A stretch of 64,000 nucleotides of DNA, from the NCBI GenBank assembly GCA_016217965.1, contig JACRFI010000020.1:11550-75549 (forward strand). Direction: 5' to 3'. Positions within the stretch are counted from its first letter, which is position 1. Each line of letters opens with the position of its first letter. A model generated the notes under the pieces. It did not search any database and was not told the origin of the DNA. It was given only the letters and a program-made list of their open reading frames with translations. The position numbers were made by a program, and so were the translations under genes. Below are positions 31,478 through 41,684 of the stretch, one piece after another. The stretch comes from Candidatus Kaiserbacteria bacterium. GTDB taxonomy: Bacteria; Patescibacteriota; Minisyncoccia; Phycocordibacterales; UBA2100.

Positions 31478-31631
31478 CGCAGGGGTGAAATAAGAGAAGG
31501 CGAGAGGATGAGTTCCAGTGCGCCCGTTGACGGGATGCGATTATCGTTTTGTAACGGTTCAATCAGTAACGCTACCTCGAAGGGGGCGTCATACACAGGA
31601 GAGATGAGTTATTCAATAACCTCTATTACAT

Positions 31632-32969
31632 ATGTCTAAAACACTCAGCACGCACACCGTGTACGGCATCGCCGTAGCGGCCTCTGTATTAGCCCTCCTG
31701 TTTGCCGCATATCTCGCGAGCGCGGAAACTGCGCCGACAATAACCACCGTAGTTCGCAACACGAACAATGCAACGACGACATCGGCGGCATTCGGATCAG
31801 TGGTGCATGCAGATGTGCTTGTTTCCTCGACGACGGCGCCCGTTGCGACGAGCACCGTAGATTTCTTTGTCTATTCGAACCAAACGTGCTCGGGAAATCC
31901 GTCCGTACAAAATAACGTGGCACTTGAGGGCGGGCGGGCGACGTCCGCAACGTCCACTGTTTCAGTCGACGGCATCTCGTACAAAGTGCACTACGACGGC
32001 GAATCAGGCGTGCACTCTGCCGCAGATGGCGAGTGTACAGCCGTAGTCGTAACCGGCCCGAACACCAGGATCCAAACAACACTCTCAACAACTTCAGTCG
32101 CAGTCCTCTCATCTGTCTTCGACACTGCGGTCCTCAGCGGCCACACACTCCACGCGAGCGGCACTGTCGCATACACCGTGTATTCAAACTCGGGCTGCTC
32201 TGCAAATCCACGAAGCGCAGGAGTAAAGACAGTGTCGGAGGGCGCTATCCCAAATTCCGATTCTCTCGCATTCAATTCGCCAGGCGCGTTCTATTGGCAG
32301 GCAGTCTATTCAGGAGATTTTCTGAACGCTGCTGCTACAAGCTCATGCACGAGCGAGATCCTGAATGTATTCGCGACATCGACGCCGCGCGGTCGCATCA
32401 CTGTGGATAAGGTGACAGTGCCTGAAGGAGACGCGACGAGCTTTCACTTCGACACCAGTGGCACAGGATACGCGGATTTCGATCTCACGGGCTCTTCGAC
32501 GCCGAACACGCAGGAACTTGCAGTCGGTACGTATCGCATTAACGAACAAAACAAGTCAGGATGGACGACATCTGCGATGTGCTCGAAGAATGGTGCGACA
32601 GCCACACAGTATTCGGAAGGCAGTAACATCAGCCTTGGCAATGGCGATGTTATCGTCTGTACATTCACAAACACGAAATCCACGACAACTCCTCCGAAAG
32701 ATAGGTGCGATAAAGACGATAACAACGACTACGACGGAGATGACGATTGTGACAAGTGCGGCAACAATGGACTTCACAAGGGTTGGTTCAAGAATGGCTT
32801 TCCGTTCGAGAACGGCTCTGTAAAGAAATTCATCAGAAGTCTTCCGGTTCCGACGAATGACAACGATGACGACGACGATGATGACGATGCAAAGCCTTCT
32901 GCAAAAGTAAAAGTGTCTGAAAACGATCGTAGGAGCGTCGAATGGAGGCTCCGAAATCGCAGCGACTAA
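31632..32969 (+). CDS. Ser/Thr-rich secreted surface protein with Ig/prealbumin-like repeats
   Basis: Signal peptide, repeated VYSN..CS.NP modules, ITVDKVT..CTFTNTK, Asp-rich tail. Confidence 0.75.
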   Translation: MSKTLSTHTVYGIAVAASVLALLFAAYLASAETAPTITTVVRNTNNATTTSAAFGSVVHADVLVSSTTAPVATSTVDFFVYSNQTCSGNPSVQNNVALEGGRATSATSTVSVDGISYKVHYDGESGVHSAADGECTAVVVTGPNTRIQTTLSTTSVAVLSSVFDTAVLSGHTLHASGTVAYTVYSNSGCSANPRSAGVKTVSEGAIPNSDSLAFNSPGAFYWQAVYSGDFLNAAATSSCTSEILNVFATSTPRGRITVDKVTVPEGDATSFHFDTSGTGYADFDLTGSSTPNTQELAVGTYRINEQNKSGWTTSAMCSKNGATATQYSEGSNISLGNGDVIVCTFTNTKSTTTPPKDRCDKDDNNDYDGDDDCDKCGNNGLHKGWFKNGFPFENGSVKKFIRSLPVPTNDNDDDDDDDDAKPSAKVKVSENDRRSVEWRLRNRSD

Positions 32970-32986
32970 CCTTCCGTCGTGTTAGC

Positions 32987-33019
32987 CACAAAGTCCCGCC
33001 CTGCGGCCGGGACTTTGTG
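32987..33019 (+). terminator. Hairpin, probable terminator
   Basis: cacaaagtcccg..cgggactttgtg. Confidence 0.5.
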
Positions 33020-33110
33020 AGGTGCGGGTTTGGGAGTGTACGGTGGGGGCGTGCCTAATTGAGCCACATGCCTCTCCGTGTCGCGTGACGCATTAGGGTA
33101 TACTAACGCC

Positions 33111-33356
33111 ATGAAAAAACTTCCTGCGTGGACACATCGCTTTGTGATGCCGTTTTTTCTCACTCTGCTCATGACTGCATGCGTCTCGTTCATTGCGACG
33201 ATACACGTGGCGGGATTTGCAGGCATAGCCGAGCACTGGCTCAGTTCATGGCTCTGGTCGTGGGTTATCGCATATCCCGTCATCCTCGTCATCCTTCCCA
33301 TCGTGCGATGGATAGTCTCTCATGTTGTTGAGGAGCCGAAGGCACCGATGAAGTGA
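33111..33356 (+). CDS. DUF2798-like membrane protein
   Basis: LMTACVS..WLSSWLWSWVIAYP. Confidence 0.75.
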   Translation: MKKLPAWTHRFVMPFFLTLLMTACVSFIATIHVAGFAGIAEHWLSSWLWSWVIAYPVILVILPIVRWIVSHVVEEPKAPMK

Positions 33357-33421
33357 GCGCGCCTTCATGAACATGTGTGGAAAGCCAAGCAAACCGCACA
33401 AGGGTCTGGTAGAGTGAAATT

Positions 33422-34351
33422 GTGAGAGGGAAGAAACTGGCAGTTGGTACAGGGGCAGCGCTTCTTTTGTGTTTTGTGCCCGTGTTTCTTTATGCAGAGG
33501 CGGATTCGACAGGCTCACCGCAGGCAACATCCACCGAAGCAACTACTACCGATGCAAGCGTATCGGAGAGCGCGACAGTGCCTGTTCCGGTTTCATTGCC
33601 AACGAATGATGGGATAGAGGCGAAAGTGCGCGAGTATTTTCCCGGCATCGACGTGATGGCGGATATCGCAAGGTGTGAATCGAGATTCCGGCAATATACG
33701 GACGCAGGGAACCCGCTACATGGCGGATATGGCGGCGCGATGATAGGTGTGTTCCAAATACACGAAACAGTACACGCCAAGTACGCGCAATCTCTCGGCA
33801 TGGATATTTACACCCTCGAAGGAAATCTTGCATACGCAAAGCGTCTGTATGAAAAAGAGGGAACGAATCCTTGGATATCGTCATTTAGTTGCTGGGGAAA
33901 ATCTTTACCTGATGCAGCGCCCGGTGATGAGAACTCGTCGCTTAGATCGACGCTGACAATGGGTGTAGTGAGTTCAGAAGTATTAACTCTGCAGAAAATG
34001 TTGAATGCAGCTGGATTCGCCGTTGCCACAGAAGGCCCGGGTTCTCCCGGGCAGGAAACGACGAAATTCGGCGCGCTGACGCGCGCCGCAGTGAGGAAAT
34101 TCCAATGCGCAAAGAATATCGCATGCTCGGGAGACGAATACACCACTGGATACGGATTAGTGGGTGGGAAGACACGTGTGGCACTTCTCGCGATTGCAGA
34201 TCAGCCAACTGTTGCTGCCACGCCCACACCGGCACCAGCGCAAACAACGAACGACGCGGAAATCGCGCGGTTACAAGCGCTTATTGCGGAACTTACGGCG
34301 CAACTTGCGGCGATACAGAAAAAACTTGCTGCAGGGCAAGTGGGGGCGTAG
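33422..34351 (+). CDS. Lytic transglycosylase-like protein with peptidoglycan-binding domain
   Basis: IARCES, GVFQI, NLAYA..PW; LQKMLN..FGALTRAAVRKFQ. Confidence 0.8.
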   Translation: MRGKKLAVGTGAALLLCFVPVFLYAEADSTGSPQATSTEATTTDASVSESATVPVPVSLPTNDGIEAKVREYFPGIDVMADIARCESRFRQYTDAGNPLHGGYGGAMIGVFQIHETVHAKYAQSLGMDIYTLEGNLAYAKRLYEKEGTNPWISSFSCWGKSLPDAAPGDENSSLRSTLTMGVVSSEVLTLQKMLNAAGFAVATEGPGSPGQETTKFGALTRAAVRKFQCAKNIACSGDEYTTGYGLVGGKTRVALLAIADQPTVAATPTPAPAQTTNDAEIARLQALIAELTAQLAAIQKKLAAGQVGA

Positions 34352-34393
34352 ATACTCTGGGCATTGCCAGCAAATAATCTTTACGAGGTGTGC

Positions 34394-34439
34394 TATACCC
34401 CCACACTAACTTTTCGCGAAAAGTTAGTGTGGGGGTATA
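34394..34439. repeat. Perfect 46-bp palindrome
   Basis: tatacccccacactaacttttcg|cgaaaagttagtgtgggggtata. Confidence 0.9.
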
Positions 34440-34447
34440 CTCCGTGT

Positions 34448-35032
34448 ATGGCTAAAACGCTCACCGCTATATTTGTTGTCGCACTTATCATTATCACGGG
34501 ATTTTTCTTCTTCAATAATTACATCTACGAAGAGAAGCAAGCCGATGCCGCAGAGAATTATCGCGACGTAGAATTCGTTATCTCCGGGGAGCGCGTGAAG
34601 CTTGTAAACGGCGTTGCGCAGACGGAAACAGCGTTCGGCCAAGCTTCGAAAACGACGGTGCGCTATTTCGGGAATGAAGCGAAAGGCGATCTGAGCGGGG
34701 ACCTGGTCCCGGACATTGCGTTTCTTATCACACAGGAAACCGGCGGGAGCGGTACGTTCTTCTATCTCGTTGGTGCAATTCAAAATGCACATGGTACGTA
34801 CACTGGTACCGAAGCCGTTCTCATAGGCGACAGGATCGCGCCGCAAACGACTGAGTACCGCAGTTTTTCGGGCATACCCGGTGGATACCTTATTGTGAAT
34901 TACGCCGAGCGGGCGCCGGGAGAGCCGATGACTGCGCGGCCTTCCGTAGGAAAAAGCATCTGGCTCAAACTTGATCCCAAGGCAATGCAATTCGGGGAGC
35001 TTGTGCAAAATTTTGAGGGTGAAGCGCGATGA
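34448..35032 (+). CDS. Membrane-anchored hypothetical protein
   Basis: MAKTL.. TM; GDLSGD..D..GGSGTFFY. Confidence 0.75.
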   Translation: MAKTLTAIFVVALIIITGFFFFNNYIYEEKQADAAENYRDVEFVISGERVKLVNGVAQTETAFGQASKTTVRYFGNEAKGDLSGDLVPDIAFLITQETGGSGTFFYLVGAIQNAHGTYTGTEAVLIGDRIAPQTTEYRSFSGIPGGYLIVNYAERAPGEPMTARPSVGKSIWLKLDPKAMQFGELVQNFEGEAR

Positions 35033-35075
35033 GCTCGACAAAATTATAAAGAAAGATGCATAATCGCGTAAACGT

Positions 35076-35318
35076 ATGAGAGGAAAAGCCCAATGCGAGA
35101 GTTGCCTGATGCCGCTTGATGCTGACTCGGGGCCGCGAGAGTCGGAGAAATATTGCAGCTACTGTTTCCGCAACGGGAAATTAACGTACGAGGGGACTGA
35201 TGTAACAGAATTCACGAGATTGGCGTATGAGGGCATGCGGAAACAAGGTATGAACATTTTTAAAGCGTGGTTTTTTGCGCGGATGATACGGTACGCGCCG
35301 CGATGGAGGGGTAGGTAA
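35076..35318 (+). CDS. Putative zinc-ribbon protein
   Basis: CESCLMP..YCSYCF.NG. Confidence 0.8.
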   Translation: MRGKAQCESCLMPLDADSGPRESEKYCSYCFRNGKLTYEGTDVTEFTRLAYEGMRKQGMNIFKAWFFARMIRYAPRWRGR

Positions 35319-35332
35319 ATCTCTACGCGGGT

Positions 35333-35593
35333 ATGGAAGAGCGCTTACAGAAAATCGAAGAGGAACTGCAGACCATTAAGGCGAGGAACGCACGAGTGGA
35401 AACTGATAAGGCGTGGGAAACGAGCGCTATTCGTACGACCATCCTTGCTGTCATTACGTTCTGCGTAACCGCAATAGCGCTATTCATCGTAAAGAACGAG
35501 AATGCGATGCGCGATGCGCTGATTGCTACGGTAGGATTTGTTTTCTCGACTCTGTCGCTCTCGTTCGTGAAGCGACGCTGGATGCAGAGATAA
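35333..35593 (+). CDS. Small membrane protein
   Basis: RNARVETDKAWETS + 2 TM. Confidence 0.75.
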   Translation: MEERLQKIEEELQTIKARNARVETDKAWETSAIRTTILAVITFCVTAIALFIVKNENAMRDALIATVGFVFSTLSLSFVKRRWMQR

Positions 35594-35594
35594 T

Positions 35595-36137
35595 ATGAAG
35601 CCCACTCGTGAAGAAGCACAGGCGCTTTTGGAAAGCCACGTAAAGGACGAATACCAGCGGTACCACGCGCTGATGACTGGGACTGCCGTGGCAGGATATG
35701 GTGAGATGTTCGGCGAGAACTCGGATCTTTCGTACGTGACAGGACTTCTCCACGATATCGATTTCGAAGAGCATCCGGATAAACATCCTGGGGAATCCTT
35801 GAAGTGGTTCAAGGAATGGGATTACCCGGAAGAATTAATTCACGCAGTCGAGGCACATGCGTATGGCTACAACGGATTCACGATACTGCCGCAAACAAAA
35901 CTTGCAGCGGCCTTGATGGCGTGTGACGAAATGTGCGGCATATTTTACGCGTATCGGAAATTGAATCCTGTTCCATTCGGTGAGATGAAAGCGAGCTCCG
36001 TCAAGAAGCGGTTCAATGAGCCGAGGTTCGCGGCGAAGATCGAGCGAGGCACGATAACTCGCGGGTGTGAGGCGCTAGGAGTTGATATAGATTCGCATAT
36101 TGCGAATCTCGTACGGTTTCTTGCACCACTTGCTTGA
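35595..36137 (+). CDS. HD-domain hydrolase
   Basis: GLLHDIDFE, H, ACDE. Confidence 0.88.
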   Translation: MKPTREEAQALLESHVKDEYQRYHALMTGTAVAGYGEMFGENSDLSYVTGLLHDIDFEEHPDKHPGESLKWFKEWDYPEELIHAVEAHAYGYNGFTILPQTKLAAALMACDEMCGIFYAYRKLNPVPFGEMKASSVKKRFNEPRFAAKIERGTITRGCEALGVDIDSHIANLVRFLAPLA

Positions 36138-36139
36138 GC

Positions 36140-36787
36140 CTATTCGATTCCTACGAGGCGTGTGTATACGACAAGCCTGTGGTCATACGTGCCGCGAGAG
36201 CGAATATATGTTCCCGCGCATGTGATGAGATTGAGGTCTGATGTATCTGTCTCGCGGATAAGGGAGCTTATGTTCATACCAGCGAGTGGATACTCGCTTC
36301 GATCAAAAACTAGAAAATGCATTTTCTTGCCGCTCGCGGTCGTGACGTAGATATCGGCGCCTGGCGCGACATTCTTGAGGTCTTTGAAGGCGGCGTACAC
36401 GTGCGCATCCATGACTGCACTTCCTATCTCGCCCGGCGCGCTTCCATGTTTGTACCAGCCGACGTAGTTTGAATTTCCCGGTGGCACGTCGATCTCCCGT
36501 TTCGCATTGACGCCGACGGGAACGATTGGAGCATCAAGCCCAATAGAAGGGATCTCGATGCGTGTGGGGTAGTCAAAGTAATTTTGGTCTCTTTTTTCGA
36601 CGAGCGTTTTTATTTCTTGGAGCGTGTTGGAGTTCAAGTTCTTGCCGGATGTATTGGGGAGGAGCGGAAACTCGGCCGCAAGCGCTCGGAGCGATGCGTT
36701 CGCAACGCTGAAGAGCAAGTTCAAGACAATGACCGCCGTGCATACGGTGATGAGGGGGATAGACGCCAGCGCACATGATTTCAACAT
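36140..36787 (-). CDS. Class F sortase
   Basis: GWY..PGE.GSAVMDAHV, LNLITC, HRLVV. Confidence 0.88.
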   Translation of the reverse strand: MLKSCALASIPLITVCTAVIVLNLLFSVANASLRALAAEFPLLPNTSGKNLNSNTLQEIKTLVEKRDQNYFDYPTRIEIPSIGLDAPIVPVGVNAKREIDVPPGNSNYVGWYKHGSAPGEIGSAVMDAHVYAAFKDLKNVAPGADIYVTTASGKKMHFLVFDRSEYPLAGMNISSLIRETDTSDLNLITCAGTYIRSRGTYDHRLVVYTRLVGIE

Positions 36788-36881
36788 GAAGCTCTCGCAT
36801 TGTAGGAGGATGCGTGAAAAATAAAAGCGGGACAATGATGGTTACGCAACGAATTGTGGTATTGTCCATTCATGAACGTTT

Positions 36882-37010
36882 GCTCGCTTGCGGGATTGTG
36901 CTTCGCCGGGTACGCGATTTTCTTGCTAGAAAATCGCTCGGCTTCGTATCTGGGTCGGCAGACGACGCGCTGCGGAGCCCCTCTGAAACACAATCCCTCT
37001 CGCTCGCTCG
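36882..37010 (-). repeat. Structured repeat copy C (AGCA-loop family)
   Basis: Stem gggattgtgcttc/gaaacacaatccc; minus-strand hairpin gcgattttct-AGCA-agaaaatcgc. Confidence 0.6.
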
Positions 37011-37029
37011 ATAATTAACAGACTTTTAT

Positions 37030-38142
37030 ATGCCAAGGGTTCACCTCGCAAATACAGAGAATGCGGACATGTATTACCTCATCGGGACGCGGATTCCGGA
37101 CCCGTTCTTCTTTCTGGAAGTGGAGGGGAAGAGGACTGCCATATTGAATGCGCTTGAGATAGGTGCATTCAAGGAGCACGCGGACCCATCGGTGGATGCA
37201 GTTCCGCTTGAACCATTCCTGACCGACGCCAGAATGATCGGCGGCACGCAGAATCGCCTATGCAAACTGGCTCTTGTTGTATTCGAAAAATACGGGCTCA
37301 TGAAAAAGGAGGTGGCCGTGCCTCGCGCGTTTCCTCTGGATGTAGCCGATGCGTTGCGGGAGGCGGGGGCGAGACTCATCGTGCAGCACCTGTTCCTTCC
37401 GGAGAGAAGAATAAAAACAAAAACGGAAATAGGATACATCAGAGAAAACCTGGAGTCGACAAAGGTTGCATTCTCATATATCGAAGAAACACTTCGGAAC
37501 TCAGAAATAGATGGATCAAGGATCATGCATCGCGGGAAGGAATTGACGAGTGAATTTTTGAAAGAGGAAGTCGAGAAGGTGCTGTTCGACCTGAAGTTGG
37601 ACGATGTCGAGGGGATGATAATTTCATCGGGGGCCCAAGCAGCGATGCCGCACCACAAGGGAAAGGGAGCGATTTTGCCGAATACGACGATCATTTGCGA
37701 TATCTTTTTTCGCAACAGGCGGAATCAGTACTTTGGCGACATGACGCGAACATATGTGAAGGGAATGGCGAGCGAAACCGTGATGCGGATGCATGCGGCT
37801 GTTTCGCGTGCGCAAGATGCGGCGTTCGCAGCTTTGAAACCCGGAGCGAGTGCGAAGAGCGTATTTGAAGCATCAGCACATGCGATACGCGAAGCAGGAT
37901 TCGATGTCGGAGAAAAAGGATACATCCATTCTCTTGGGCACGGGCTGGGTTTGGAGCTGCACGAGGCACCGAATGCATCGCCACATTCCACCGAGACACT
38001 CGTTCCGGGCAACGTTATCACTGTTGAACCTGGATTGTACTATCCTCAAGACGGCGGCGTTCGGATCGAAGATGTTGTCGTTGTTACGGAAAGAGGATAC
38101 GAGAATCTCACTGATCATCCGCGAGACTTGATAATCCCGTAA
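37030..38142 (+). CDS. Xaa-Pro peptidase (M24)
   Basis: DMTRT, HSLGHGLGLELHE, TVEPGLY, GVRIED. Confidence 0.93.
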   Translation: MPRVHLANTENADMYYLIGTRIPDPFFFLEVEGKRTAILNALEIGAFKEHADPSVDAVPLEPFLTDARMIGGTQNRLCKLALVVFEKYGLMKKEVAVPRAFPLDVADALREAGARLIVQHLFLPERRIKTKTEIGYIRENLESTKVAFSYIEETLRNSEIDGSRIMHRGKELTSEFLKEEVEKVLFDLKLDDVEGMIISSGAQAAMPHHKGKGAILPNTTIICDIFFRNRRNQYFGDMTRTYVKGMASETVMRMHAAVSRAQDAAFAALKPGASAKSVFEASAHAIREAGFDVGEKGYIHSLGHGLGLELHEAPNASPHSTETLVPGNVITVEPGLYYPQDGGVRIEDVVVVTERGYENLTDHPRDLIIP

Positions 38143-38214
38143 CTGTGAGTAACTCACTGTACAGCGCGAAACGCGTGTTATCCTTTGTCCATTAATTACA
38201 AGTAGCCTATTACT

Positions 38215-38601
38215 ATGGGTTCACTCATGCTGCCGCAATTACTAGGTTTATATTTTCTCATCATTGGCGTCATTGTCGTTGCGCGCCGCGCATCGGTCAT
38301 GCCCGCGATATCGCAACTTGCTGCGAATCGTCCGTTGATGCTCGTCATTGGACTTGCTGAGCTTCTGGCAGGACTCGCGATCGTCATCACATCAGCCAGG
38401 GTTGCATTCAGTGTGGAGGGGGCAATCGCCCTCATCGGGTGGATACTTATTATCGAAGGCGTACTATACGTCGCCATGCCAGCGAAGGCAGTGCAGCGGT
38501 TCGTGAAGTCGTTCAACAAACAGGAATGGTACGTTTCTGGCGGCCTTGTTTCTATTGTCTTGGGTGCATATCTTGCTGGCGCCGGTTTTGGAATGTTCTA
38601 A
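38215..38601 (+). CDS. 4-TM membrane protein
   Basis: Four hydrophobic segments. Confidence 0.75.
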   Translation: MGSLMLPQLLGLYFLIIGVIVVARRASVMPAISQLAANRPLMLVIGLAELLAGLAIVITSARVAFSVEGAIALIGWILIIEGVLYVAMPAKAVQRFVKSFNKQEWYVSGGLVSIVLGAYLAGAGFGMF

Positions 38602-39445
38602 GCTCCAGCCAGGCTCCTATTTTTCTCTCGGCTCGCGCCAAGAGCGAGTTGTATTCTTTTAGTTTCTTTCTGATCTCAGGAATTGACTGAATTGCCGCTC
38701 GGTACCCCTCTTTTTGAAGATTGTCGGCGTGTCCGAAATCGGAACCAGAAAATCGAGAAAGATTTGGCTCGATGAGAATATCTGCAAGTTCCGTAACATA
38801 CACATCGCGAACCCGAGAGAGAATCGACATGGAGCGCACCAGGATGTCGCGGACATTTTTGGGGCGGAATTTTGGTAAGGGAGATGAAAGATGCACGCCT
38901 ATGGTGATATCCGCTCCCATTTCTTTCAACGTGTGTATTGGCAGCCGTTCTGCTATGCCGCCATCGACGTAATACGTTCCCTCTATCTCGACCGGCGTGA
39001 ATGCCCCAGGTATCGCAGTCGATGCACGGACGGCGGGCGCGAGCGGTCCCTCTCGGAAAACTTTCCTCTCTCCTGTCTCGATGTCTGTTGCGACAATGGC
39101 GAGAGGGATTTTTGCTTTTTCTATGAGAGATGTGCCGAGCTCTTTCTCGATCAGCTCTTGAAGAAGCAAATTTGTTGAGATGCCGAATTTTGAGAATGTG
39201 AATTTCGAAATTGTTTTCCATGTGATCGAGCGAGATATCTCCTCCATCCGCTGTACAGGTATGCCAAATGCGAAAAATGCTGCAGCGAGTGCGCCCGCAC
39301 TTGTTCCCGCGACACAGTCAATTTGAATATCGGCTTCCGCAAGCGCCTTCAGCGCACCGATATGTGCCATTCCCCATGCAGAGCCGCCGGAGAGAGCGAG
39401 TCCGACGGTTGGCGCGTGTTTGGAACGTTTTTTGGGAGCGGTCAT
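38552..39445 (-). CDS. Patatin-like phospholipase
   Basis: LSGGSAWG, GTSAG, DGG. Confidence 0.92.
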   Translation of the reverse strand: MTAPKKRSKHAPTVGLALSGGSAWGMAHIGALKALAEADIQIDCVAGTSAGALAAAFFAFGIPVQRMEEISRSITWKTISKFTFSKFGISTNLLLQELIEKELGTSLIEKAKIPLAIVATDIETGERKVFREGPLAPAVRASTAIPGAFTPVEIEGTYYVDGGIAERLPIHTLKEMGADITIGVHLSSPLPKFRPKNVRDILVRSMSILSRVRDVYVTELADILIEPNLSRFSGSDFGHADNLQKEGYRAAIQSIPEIRKKLKEYNSLLARAERKIGAWLELRTFQNRRQQDMHPRQ

Positions 39446-39478
39446 GCATGGATGGTAGCATTTTGTTACTATGGGCTG

Positions 39479-39973
39479 ATGCTGAAATATATAGTCATAG
39501 GAATCTCGGTATGTTTTCTCCTAGTGGGCGGTTGGTATTGGCTGGGTTCAAATGGCACGCCAACGGTGCAACAAGAATTAGACGTGCGCTTTGGCTTCAT
39601 CAGAGGGGTGCAGAGGAATGGAGGATATGCGCTCATATTCGACCCTGCTCGGTGGCTCGCAGGGAAAGAGGGGGAGGACGCTGCGATAGCGGCAGGGCTG
39701 TGCACCGAAACGACGCGGACAGAATGCCTCCCGAATGATTTTTTCATTCTGAACGATGCAACCTCGACAGAGACGCTTGCAATAGCCGCTGAACCCGTTA
39801 TCGCAATGCAGACGTTAGAGATGGAGAAAGAGGGTATAAAAGAAACACAAATATCGCTTGAAGAATTCACGCGCCTCATAGGGGATGGGTCGCAGAGCTG
39901 GACTAAAGTCCCATACCAGCTTCTCGTGGAGGGTGGGCAGGTGACAATAATAGAAGAAGTGTACGTTCCATAG
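39479..39973 (+). CDS. Membrane-anchored hypothetical protein
   Basis: MLKYIV.. N-terminal TM. Confidence 0.65.
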   Translation: MLKYIVIGISVCFLLVGGWYWLGSNGTPTVQQELDVRFGFIRGVQRNGGYALIFDPARWLAGKEGEDAAIAAGLCTETTRTECLPNDFFILNDATSTETLAIAAEPVIAMQTLEMEKEGIKETQISLEEFTRLIGDGSQSWTKVPYQLLVEGGQVTIIEEVYVP

Positions 39974-40025
39974 CGGCAATATTGCACTGTTGCGCACAAG
40001 TGCCACTTTGGGATAGAGTCTCGCG

Positions 40026-40409
40026 ATGCGCACATACATCATGGCGGGAGGCGTTGCCGCGGCAGTCATACTTGCGGTTGTGGCGTTCATTATGTTTGCG
40101 CCGCAGAAATCGACTGATGCAAAGGAAGCCAAGGTACGGGCGACATTCTCGGCGGATGGCGTGATCACAAAAGACAAGCCGGACCTAAGGAAAGGTGGAT
40201 GGTATTTTGACTACGAGAAAGACGGGCAAATGGTCACAGCCCCGATACTTTTTTCTGAAATAAGTGTGTGTGCGTGGCTGGATTCAAGCGGAAAGTGCAA
40301 GCCATCCACATTTATTAAAGGAAGAAAAGCTCACATCGAGGGAATGGATCTTGGGGAAGGCGCAATCGGTGTCGTGAGGCTGACGTGGTCCGAGGCGCCG
40401 AATAGATAG
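40026..40409 (+). CDS. Membrane-anchored hypothetical protein
   Basis: N-terminal TM, Cys pair. Confidence 0.65.
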   Translation: MRTYIMAGGVAAAVILAVVAFIMFAPQKSTDAKEAKVRATFSADGVITKDKPDLRKGGWYFDYEKDGQMVTAPILFSEISVCAWLDSSGKCKPSTFIKGRKAHIEGMDLGEGAIGVVRLTWSEAPNR

Positions 40410-40442
40410 TGCTATAGTGAGGCTTCCGCGGTTTGCGGCGCT

Positions 40443-40943
40443 ATGCAGAGCACTAGATCAAACGTTTCGTACTTTAGGAATTTTATTTTTGGCGTCGAAG
40501 ACAGTCTCGTCTCGACTGTTGGGCTTCTCTCAGGCATCGCAATAGCGGGTGTCGCGAGGGATGCGCTTCTTGTAACTGGAACAGTGCTCATCTGTGTTGA
40601 AGCGATCTCGATGGCGGCAGGCAGCTTTCTTTCCGAATCATCTGCGGAAACATGGGAGGAGCATTCGGATAAGATCTCATGGGAGCCATATGTCGCATCG
40701 TTCGTGATGTTCGCATCCTATTTTGTGTCCGGATTCATTCCGCTCTTTCCCTACATCGTGTTTGAGGAAAGTTTCGCATTCTGGACCTCGATTGGCGCGT
40801 CGCTTGGAGCGCTTGTTGTCCTTGGATTTTCCGGTGGCAGGATATCGAGAACGAGCGTATCAAAAAGTATTCTTCGCATGTTGGTCGTGGGTGGTGCGGC
40901 TATCGCCGTCGGCGTAGCTGTCGGGCGAGTATTTGGCCTCTAA
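40443..40943 (+). CDS. VIT1/CCC1 family transporter
   Basis: IFGVEDSLVS, EAISMAAGSFLS. Confidence 0.9.
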   Translation: MQSTRSNVSYFRNFIFGVEDSLVSTVGLLSGIAIAGVARDALLVTGTVLICVEAISMAAGSFLSESSAETWEEHSDKISWEPYVASFVMFASYFVSGFIPLFPYIVFEESFAFWTSIGASLGALVVLGFSGGRISRTSVSKSILRMLVVGGAAIAVGVAVGRVFGL

Positions 40944-40946
40944 AGT

Positions 40947-41684
40947 ATGCCCGTTCTCGACGTGCGAGATCTTCGCAAGACGTATCGTGATATTGTCGGC
41001 GTCGATAGCATCTCATTCAGTGTTGGGAGAGGAGAGGTTGTGGGACTTCTCGGCCCGAACGGGGCGGGAAAGACTTCAACGATAAGCATGATACTTGGCA
41101 TCCTGGAACCAAGTGGTGGGTCTGTTTCTATAAGTGGCATAGATCTTGCAAAGGACAGAAGCGCAGCTCTCTCGCGCACAAATTTCGCTGCCGTTTACGC
41201 GCAATTGCCGGGCAATCTCTCTGTATATCAAAATTTAAAATTCTTCGGTCTTCTGTACGGCGTGCCTGAGTTAGAAACAAGAATAGGAGAGGTGCTGCAA
41301 AAATTCCAACTTGAAGCATTCAGGAACACCAAAGCCGGCTTGCTCTCATCCGGCGAACAAACGAGAGTGGGCCTTGCGAAGGCGATGTTGAATAAGCCAT
41401 CCCTCCTCTTGCTCGATGAGCCGACCGCGTCGCTTGACCCATCTGGCGCAAAAACGACACGTGAATCAATTACTGAATATGCTGAAGGAGGGAATGGGGG
41501 AGTGTTGTGGACGTCGCATAACATGCAAGAGGTGGAAGCCGTGTGCGATAGAGTGCTTTTTCTTTCCCATGGGAAAATATTGTTGGAGGGCGATCCGCGG
41601 ACTCTGCCTGGTGATCATGGGAAAAAAGACTTGGAAGAATTATTCATCGCAGTCGCGCGCGAGCCTCTTTCCCTCGACATATGA
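40947..41684 (+). CDS. ABC transporter ATP-binding protein
   Basis: GPNGAGKT, LSSGE, LLLDEPT. Confidence 0.95.
   Translation: MPVLDVRDLRKTYRDIVGVDSISFSVGRGEVVGLLGPNGAGKTSTISMILGILEPSGGSVSISGIDLAKDRSAALSRTNFAAVYAQLPGNLSVYQNLKFFGLLYGVPELETRIGEVLQKFQLEAFRNTKAGLLSSGEQTRVGLAKAMLNKPSLLLLDEPTASLDPSGAKTTRESITEYAEGGNGGVLWTSHNMQEVEAVCDRVLFLSHGKILLEGDPRTLPGDHGKKDLEELFIAVAREPLSLDI

Noticed and set aside
32715-32890. gacgat-like repeats
   Set aside because: Encode an Asp-rich low-complexity tail; not a DNA element
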